From: Alphaproteobacteria bacterium
Lineage (GTDB): Bacteria; Pseudomonadota; Alphaproteobacteria; SP197
Direction: 5' to 3'
NCBI GenBank assembly: GCA_965200745.1
Contig: CBDAUZ010000002.1
Span: 199,165-263,164 of the forward strand
DNA length: 64,000 bases
A model generated the notes under the pieces. It searched no databases, had not been told where the DNA came from, and saw only the letters and a list, made by a program, of their open reading frames with translations. Position numbers and translations under genes: made by a program. Each line of letters opens with the position of its first letter. Positions within the stretch are counted from its first letter, which is position 1. Below are positions 58,808 to 64,000 of this stretch, piece by piece.

Positions 58808-60055
58808 TCATGCCGACAAGGAGGTCTCAACACCGAAGAACCGCGCAATCTGCGCATCGTCTTCCTTGTCCAGTATCGCATCGGAATCGGGCATCGGGTA
58901 CTTCAATCCTGTCGCACAATTGAACAGTACGACACGGTCACGAACACTGACACGTCGTTCTTCAACTGATTTGCGCCATGCCGCGACAGTTGCAGCACCT
59001 TCCGGACACATCAGCAATCCGTCACTTGTCGCGACGTTATCGCGTTCAGACTGTATCTCCCGATCCGTCACCGAAACTGCAAAACCTCCGGATTCCCGCA
59101 AGGCGCGCAAGATCAGGAAATCACCAATCGACTTTTCAACCCGGATTCCGGCCGCAATCGTTTCTTCATTCCGGTCAAGTACACCGTGATCCAGTCCCTG
59201 CTTCCATGCGTTGACAATTGGTGCACATGCATCCGACTGGACAGCGACCATTCGCGGCAATTCGCCGTCGGCCCACCCGATTTCCTTGAGTTCGTTGAAA
59301 ACCTTCCACATTCCGATCAGTCCGGTACCGCCGCCCGTCGGGTAGAAAATCACATCCGGCAATTGCCAGTCGAATTGCTCAGCGAGTTCCAGCCCCATCG
59401 TCTTTTTTCCTTCAATTCGATAGGGCTCCCGCAAGGTCGCGACGCTGAACAATCCCGCCAGTCCCTTCAGCCGTTCAATCAATGCACCGCACTCGACAAT
59501 CGATCCGTTGACACGTGCGACACGCGCGCCGTGGACACGGCATTCCTGCAGACAGATGTCAGGAGCATCGGACGAACACAGTACTGTCGCTTCGAGTCCG
59601 GCACTTGCGGCATATGCCGCAAGTGCGGCGCCTGCATTACCATTCGTTGGCAACACAAGTTTCTGCAGACCCAGTTGTCGCGCCATGGAAACAGCAAGGC
59701 AAAGACCGCGCGCCTTGAATGAACCGGTCGGTAGTCGACTCTCATCCTTCACAAGGACGCAGCCCGGCGCTTCCACATGGGTTGCAACACTTCGCACCAA
59801 TGACAGAAGCGGTGTTACAACCTCTCCAAGCGAAATCCGGTGTGGACCATCGACCGGGAGAAACGGTGCGTAGCGCCAGAAACCCGGCACGCGAGATTGT
59901 GAAATGTCAGATCGCGAAAGGTATCGCGCGATGCGCTCGAGATCCAGACGAACCAGTAGCGGGTATCCGTCACGGGACATGTTGAGGACGCTGTTTGCCT
60001 CGTAATGCTCCCCTGTTTTCGAGCATTCAAGATGACTTGTGTAGGTGCCGGTCAA
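58808..60055 (-). CDS. thrC: Threonine synthase (PLP fold type II).
   Basis: PLP-lysine motif PTGSFKARG. N-terminal Y/C-rich region then ...VTPLL... typical of long-form TS. First codon is TTG. Confidence 0.85.
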   Translation of the reverse strand: MTGTYTSHLECSKTGEHYEANSVLNMSRDGYPLLVRLDLERIARYLSRSDISQSRVPGFWRYAPFLPVDGPHRISLGEVVTPLLSLVRSVATHVEAPGCVLVKDESRLPTGSFKARGLCLAVSMARQLGLQKLVLPTNGNAGAALAAYAASAGLEATVLCSSDAPDICLQECRVHGARVARVNGSIVECGALIERLKGLAGLFSVATLREPYRIEGKKTMGLELAEQFDWQLPDVIFYPTGGGTGLIGMWKVFNELKEIGWADGELPRMVAVQSDACAPIVNAWKQGLDHGVLDRNEETIAAGIRVEKSIGDFLILRALRESGGFAVSVTDREIQSERDNVATSDGLLMCPEGAATVAAWRKSVEERRVSVRDRVVLFNCATGLKYPMPDSDAILDKEDDAQIARFFGVETSLSA

Positions 60056-60239
60056 GATCCGGTCCTGTTCGCTGCCACGACGATCAGCAACGCCGTGTTG
60101 ATGACAGGTATTCGTCCATCCGGACGCTCATCAGATCGGGATTCCTGTCGTTTTGTTGAACACCATGTCCTATGCCACCGGTGACCACATTTGAAGAAAG
60201 CGGCAGTTCAACGGCCGCATGTTCCACCGTGGTCTGTGC

Positions 60240-60938
60240 TCAGGCCGTTGCCTGACTGGAAACCGGTACCGAATTCCGTGACATTCGATTGAAAAACCAG
60301 CCCGTCAACGTTCCCAGCAAAATCCAGAACACGGCATTGACGGCAATGGTCGTATAGATGAACGACGTCAACAGTTCATCAGGAACCAGACTATCGCCAC
60401 CGCCGGACACTGGTGCACCCCACACATGCGGAGCGACGAGGAGCACGACGCCTGTGGCTTTCCAATACCGCCTGGAATACACCAGAATCGCAATTCCGCC
60501 GGCCGTGGCGAGAGCCGTTGAAATCCACCAGATTTGGCGAAGCTCGATTGCAGTCCTGTCTGCTCCGGGGAGTTCAGGCGGCAATCCAAGCGCCGGTGCA
60601 ACCTGAAATGCAGCAAATCCTGCGAGACCCCAAAGAATACCGCTACGCCAGGTCACGCCACCACGCAACGCGTAGCACGCCGAAAGCATGAGAGCGAAAC
60701 CGATGGCGGTCAGCGTACAACTGAGAACGGTGTAGAAAGTTCGTTCCGATCCGTCTTCCGGAGCCCAGGCTTCGTGATCGTGTGCGTCTTCGCTGCCATG
60801 ATCGTGGGCGGATGCAGCCACTTCGAGTACTTCCGCGTCCAGGATCAGGGGAACCACAAGGACCTGCTGTCCCGCGGACAGCGCCAATCCAGCAAGAACA
60901 CCGCCGAATAATGCCGCAAGGAAGATTCGCGAAATCAT
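60240..60938 (-). CDS. cbtA: Cobalt transporter subunit CbtA.
   Basis: 232 aa polytopic membrane protein with His-rich loop HDHGSEDAHDHEAW, the CbtA family hallmark. Downstream of cbtB. Confidence 0.85.
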   Translation of the reverse strand: MISRIFLAALFGGVLAGLALSAGQQVLVVPLILDAEVLEVAASAHDHGSEDAHDHEAWAPEDGSERTFYTVLSCTLTAIGFALMLSACYALRGGVTWRSGILWGLAGFAAFQVAPALGLPPELPGADRTAIELRQIWWISTALATAGGIAILVYSRRYWKATGVVLLVAPHVWGAPVSGGGDSLVPDELLTSFIYTTIAVNAVFWILLGTLTGWFFNRMSRNSVPVSSQATA

Positions 60939-60968
60939 CTGTGAACTCCGAGTACCACCCGTCGTGGA

Positions 60969-61166
60969 TCAGTGGCAGGGGAACGTCAGACCGTGTCGCA
61001 TGTCGTGCGCGGCATTGTGCAGCACATCGGCACCGGCAAATCCCGTTGCCAGAATGATCAGTGACCCGAACAGAATCGCCAACGTCACACCAATGATGGT
61101 TGCGGCGCTGTGCTGATCAGTTACCGCCGCAGACAAGGCAGAACGATCTTGGTTGATCATCTTCAT
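60969..61166 (-). CDS. cbtB: Cobalt transporter subunit CbtB (small, single TM).
   Basis: MKMINQDR...IIGVTLAILFGSLIILATGFAGAD...HDMRHGLTFPCH. TM helix plus conserved C-terminal His/Cys motif typical of CbtB. GGGAG SD. The ORF track extends it to 61328, probably artefactually. Confidence 0.75.
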   Translation of the reverse strand: MKMINQDRSALSAAVTDQHSAATIIGVTLAILFGSLIILATGFAGADVLHNAAHDMRHGLTFPCH

Positions 61167-61767
61167 ACTCCCGAACGAATAACAAAGTCGCTTCAAGCAA
61201 GCGGCGCTTGTTCTATCACAAAATACCGGGAGATCACGTATATTCCGGTGATACGATCGATGGAGCACTCGGAATATGTCGTTCTGGTCCGAAATGCATG
61301 ATCGTCCGGTTTTCTCCGCGAGAAGCAATGCTCGAGTCGTTTGGGACCTGTCCCGGTCGAGACGGTCATTCCAGCATTGGAGTATCGCCGTGCAGTCTGA
61401 ATTTCAGCGAAACAATATTCTTGACTCCATGCGACTATCAGATTGTTTTTCCGCGTTATTTTTTCCACCCGCGGCACATCCGTCGTCAGGGGTTTGAAAC
61501 CGGGATCCGGCGCGTTCCGGTGACGCAGAGTTCCGCCAAGCCTGATGGTACGGCGACGCTCTCTCGAAGTAGCGTGGCCTGTCAAATGACATGAAAACAG
61601 GTGTCGTTCATGTGGTAACAGGGAATGTGTAATTGAAAATTCTGTCAGACAGTGAGAGAAATCATGCACTGTGGCTGCCGCCAGTCGTAACTGCAACCGA
61701 AAGTCCGATGCGCCGGTCCTGACAAACAATTCTCGATTCAGTTTCCTGACCCAGCTCGGAATCAACC

Positions 61768-63666
61768 ATGCTTGTCCTTGGCAATCTGACCGTACGCCTC
61801 GGCGGCCACACGGTCCTTGATCGCGTATCTCTCAATATCACGCAGAACAAACGCGTTGGTCTTGTCGGTCGAAACGGCGCTGGAAAATCGACTCTCATCA
61901 ATGTGGTAGCCGGACTTCTTGACGCTGACGACGGGGTTGTGGAAACGCCCCGTAACACGCGCATCGGATATGTCGCCCAACATGCCCCGGGCGGAACACA
62001 AACACCGGTCGAGCGTGTACTGGCCGCAGATCAGGAACGAACACATCTGCTCAATCAGGAAGTAGCGCTTCGAAACACGCCGGAAATTGCTGAGGTGCAC
62101 GAGCGTCTGAACGCAATCGATGCACACAGTGCGCCTGCCCGTGCGTCCAGCATCCTGGCCGGCCTGGGTTTCACGCAGGAGCAGCAACAACAGGAACTTG
62201 AGGTCTTTTCGGGTGGGTGGCGCATGCGCGTTGCGCTGGCTGCCGTACTCTTCTCCCGACCCGATCTCCTTCTTCTGGACGAACCCAGCAACTACCTTGA
62301 TCTCGAGGCAGCCCTGTGGCTCGAGGCGTTTCTCAGGTCCTATCAGGGTACATTCCTGGTGATCAGCCACGAGCGAACACTGCTGAATTCGGTTACCGAA
62401 CAGATACTTCACCTCGAGGACGGCAGGGCCACGCTTTACAACGGCAACTATGACTCGTTCGAGCACCAGCGGCGCGAACGCTTGCGCCAGCTTGAATCAA
62501 TGCGGGTCCGTGAAGTACGCCAGCGTGCACACCTGCAGGCCTATGTAGACCGCTGGCGATACAAGGCCCACACAGCGCGTCAGGCACAAAGTCGTCTCAA
62601 GGCAATTGCTCGACTCGAACCGGTTGCCGAAGCCATTGCGGACACGAGCCTGACATTCGATTTCCCGTCGCCCGACCGGTTGCGACCACCTCTGGTTGTC
62701 CTTGATTCGGTTGACGTTGGTTACAACGATGATCCGTCCGTTCTCACAGACCTGAATCTGCGACTGGATCCCGAAGACCGCGTTGCATTCGTCGGCCGCA
62801 ACGGCAACGGAAAGACAACATTGGCGCGACTTCTGTCGGGTCGCCTTCAACCAAGATCAGGCGAGATTGTCGCCAGCTCCAGATTACGGGTTGGCTACTT
62901 TGCACAAAACGAGATTGACGAACTTGATATTGAGGAGACACCGCTTCAGCACATGACGCGCCTCATGCCCACTGCCCCGCCGCGTGCTGTAAGGGCGCAG
63001 TTGGGACGCTTCGGCTTTTCCGGAGACAAGGTAGCCGTCAAGGCCAAGAATCTCTCGGGCGGTGAACGGGCACGACTCGCACTGGCTCTTGTGACCCGGT
63101 CGGCACCGCATCTGCTCATCCTCGACGAACCCACCAATCACCTTGATGTCGATGCACGCAATGCCCTGGTGCAGGCACTCAACGGATTCAGCGGTGCCGT
63201 CATCGTGATTACGCACGATCGATACCTCGTGGAACTGAGTGCCGACCGTCTTGTACGTGTTGCCGATGGGACTGCGTCGGAATTTGACGGAAACATCGAC
63301 GACTACCAGAACATGGTGCTTTCCAGGAGAGAACGGCGTCCGGAGAAGCGCACACCAAAGCAGCATGGGCAGTCGGCAAAGGCACGCAAGGAAGAACGCC
63401 GTATTCAGGCTTTGAAGCGTCAGGAAAACCAGTCGTTGCGCAACGCGGCAAAGGCCGCGGAAAACGACGTCAACCGGTTGCTTGCGACACGCAGGGCGAT
63501 CGATCACGCGTTGTTTGACCCGGATACGCACAACGGGCCGGAAAGTCACATGACCACGGGTGACCTGATGAAAAAACGTGCGGCTGTCGAACAGGAACTT
63601 GGCCGCGCGGAAGCACGGTGGGTTGATGCCGTTCACGCACTTGAATCGGCGGATCAGTCCACGTGA
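61768..63666 (+). CDS. ABC-F family ATPase (Uup/YheS/EttA-type; two ABC domains, no TMD).
   Basis: 632 aa. Two Walker A motifs (GRNGAGKST, GRNGNGKTT), two LSGG signatures, an inter-domain linker and a charged C-terminal coiled-coil tail. Confidence 0.9.
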   Translation: MLVLGNLTVRLGGHTVLDRVSLNITQNKRVGLVGRNGAGKSTLINVVAGLLDADDGVVETPRNTRIGYVAQHAPGGTQTPVERVLAADQERTHLLNQEVALRNTPEIAEVHERLNAIDAHSAPARASSILAGLGFTQEQQQQELEVFSGGWRMRVALAAVLFSRPDLLLLDEPSNYLDLEAALWLEAFLRSYQGTFLVISHERTLLNSVTEQILHLEDGRATLYNGNYDSFEHQRRERLRQLESMRVREVRQRAHLQAYVDRWRYKAHTARQAQSRLKAIARLEPVAEAIADTSLTFDFPSPDRLRPPLVVLDSVDVGYNDDPSVLTDLNLRLDPEDRVAFVGRNGNGKTTLARLLSGRLQPRSGEIVASSRLRVGYFAQNEIDELDIEETPLQHMTRLMPTAPPRAVRAQLGRFGFSGDKVAVKAKNLSGGERARLALALVTRSAPHLLILDEPTNHLDVDARNALVQALNGFSGAVIVITHDRYLVELSADRLVRVADGTASEFDGNIDDYQNMVLSRRERRPEKRTPKQHGQSAKARKEERRIQALKRQENQSLRNAAKAAENDVNRLLATRRAIDHALFDPDTHNGPESHMTTGDLMKKRAAVEQELGRAEARWVDAVHALESADQST

Positions 63667-63822
63667 ACGACGACGGACCTGCTTTTGTCGTTTTCCTCAC
63701 CCAACCGTTTGTTGATACAGAAATGAACAGATGGCATCGACGGTGCAGTAACAGTTCGCTGCTGTACAATCGCAATCGGCGTGATAGTCGATCAGCCCGG
63801 GAACATGAAAAACGGAAACAGT

Positions 63823-64000
63823 ATGGTTGAACAAACCAGATTTACGGGCGTCGTGTTCGATCTTGACGGGACACTCGTCAACAGTGCACCGGATATCGCT
63901 GACGCCTTGAACATGGTTCTGGCAGACCTTGGACGCACGGCGCAGACAGAAAAAACCCTTCACGATCAGATTGCCCGCGGGTGGGGCGGCCTGCTTGTCC
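63823..64000 (+). CDS. HAD-superfamily hydrolase (phosphoglycolate-phosphatase-like). Partial: 5' end only; runs off the window end.
   Basis: GVVFDLDGTLVNS is HAD motif I (DxDGT). Confidence 0.6.
   Translation, partial: MVEQTRFTGVVFDLDGTLVNSAPDIADALNMVLADLGRTAQTEKTLHDQIARGWGGLLV

Noticed and set aside
61193-61765. 190-aa minus-strand ORF upstream of cbtB
   Set aside because: Low-complexity, His/Arg/Ser-rich, no SD. More likely an untranslated leader (possible riboswitch) than a gene.
62884-63636. 250-aa minus-strand ORF
   Set aside because: Antisense to the ABC-F ATPase gene, which has two complete ABC cassettes.

Overview
This is a high-GC (~60%) chromosomal segment from an alphaproteobacterium. 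The lineage call rests on four things: HslV with an N-terminal propeptide, a circularly permuted two-piece ssrA next to an SspB-alpha-like adaptor, CbiD sitting with aerobic-type cob genes, and CaiD/CaiA-like genes. The window is densely coding, with about 55 genes. Conserved housekeeping genes include hslVU, dusA, nth, fumC, uvrD, prmA, pepP, thyX, threonine synthase and an ABC-F ATPase. Cobalamin and cobalt genes include cbiD, cobK, cobA, cobB and cbtBA. An ammonium transporter and a ferric-type ABC importer are also present. The unusual feature is a concentration of nitrogenous-compound catabolism modules. One is a 10-kb minus-strand operon combining a Liv-type ABC importer with a class-III aminotransferase, an N-formylglutamate-amidohydrolase-family enzyme, a cysteine-dioxygenase-like cupin, a PhyH-family Fe/2OG dioxygenase and a creatinase-like M24 hydrolase. 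A second operon carries a Rieske oxygenase, a 2-hydroxyacid dehydrogenase, a GS-like ligase and a MetX-like alpha/beta hydrolase. There is also a second GS-like gene paired with an amidohydrolase, an APH-kinase fused to a class-III phospho-lyase-like aminotransferase followed by a VOC protein, a non-pyrrolysine MttB-superfamily methyltransferase, and a hydantoinase-like gene paired with DUF917. Signs of past horizontal events are a degraded 1.6-kb region at the dusA 5' end (a known integration hotspot) holding a RES-toxin fragment, a truncated IS4/IS50-like transposase remnant with an AT-rich scar, and a lower-GC HNH endonuclease gene next to ssrA. No CRISPR array, rRNA or obvious tRNA was found. 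All calls are from reading the translations and DNA by eye; no database search was possible.
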